A stretch of 64,000 nt of DNA from Octopus sinensis (Eukaryota). How positions within the stretch are numbered: position 1 is the stretch's first letter; each line of letters starts with the position of its first letter. Below, one piece after another: positions 63,709 to 64,000 of the stretch. Both the position numbers and the translations under genes were made by a program. The notes beneath the pieces are model-generated. The model was not told the DNA's origin, searched no databases, and saw only the letters and a list, made by a program, of their open reading frames with translations. Where the stretch lies: positions 12,400,001-12,464,000 of the forward strand of contig NC_043015.1 in the NCBI RefSeq assembly GCF_006345805.1, in the 5' to 3' direction.

Positions 63709-64000
63709 GCTTTCTTTTTATTAGTAACTTTAATACATAACTTATGACTTACTATTCACCTCATTTATTCATTATTTAGTTTTTGATATTGATTTAACTC
63801 TTTCGTTACCCACTCGGCTGAAACCAGCTCTGGCTCTGAGTACAAATGTCTTGTTTCATAAATTTTGAATTAAAATCTTCCACCAAACCTTAGTCACAAT
63901 TTATGTTCCTAACTCTAGCTTAATGATAACTATGTTATTTTACTAATTTCTTTGTTATATTTAAAGAAATTGAAAGAAACACAAAGCATCTCAAAATAAA

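Overview
AT-rich, microsatellite-dense animal genomic DNA. The SINE families resemble those I recall from octopus, so this is probably a coleoid cephalopod (not verified by search). Two host genes can be supported. (1) A single-exon, 282-aa caspase-3/7-like ORF (9226-10074, +) whose catalytic QACRG pentapeptide reads EASRG (Cys->Ser), so it is a predicted pseudo-caspase or decoy. (2) The first six coding exons of the HECT E3 ligase UBE3C (37662 to beyond the window end, +), assembled by hand from GT-AG exons the ORF track mostly missed. A third, unidentified spliced gene may run divergently from the caspase (- strand, 6518->3866, low confidence). The rest is nested mobile DNA: several tRNA-derived SINE families, CR1- and RTE-type LINE remnants, mariner, piggyBac and hAT elements and MITEs, a solo LTR, and foldback elements. 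The most notable non-coding signal is a complete minimal type I hammerhead ribozyme on the - strand (~21783-21849) with a palindromic helix III, plus a degenerate second hammerhead-like fold (~19628-19732). Also present are microsatellite-bounded tandem duplications, a higher-order repeat array growing inside a SINE, and several snap-back hairpins. All alignments were done by eye; ends of repeats are approximate unless a TSD is quoted.
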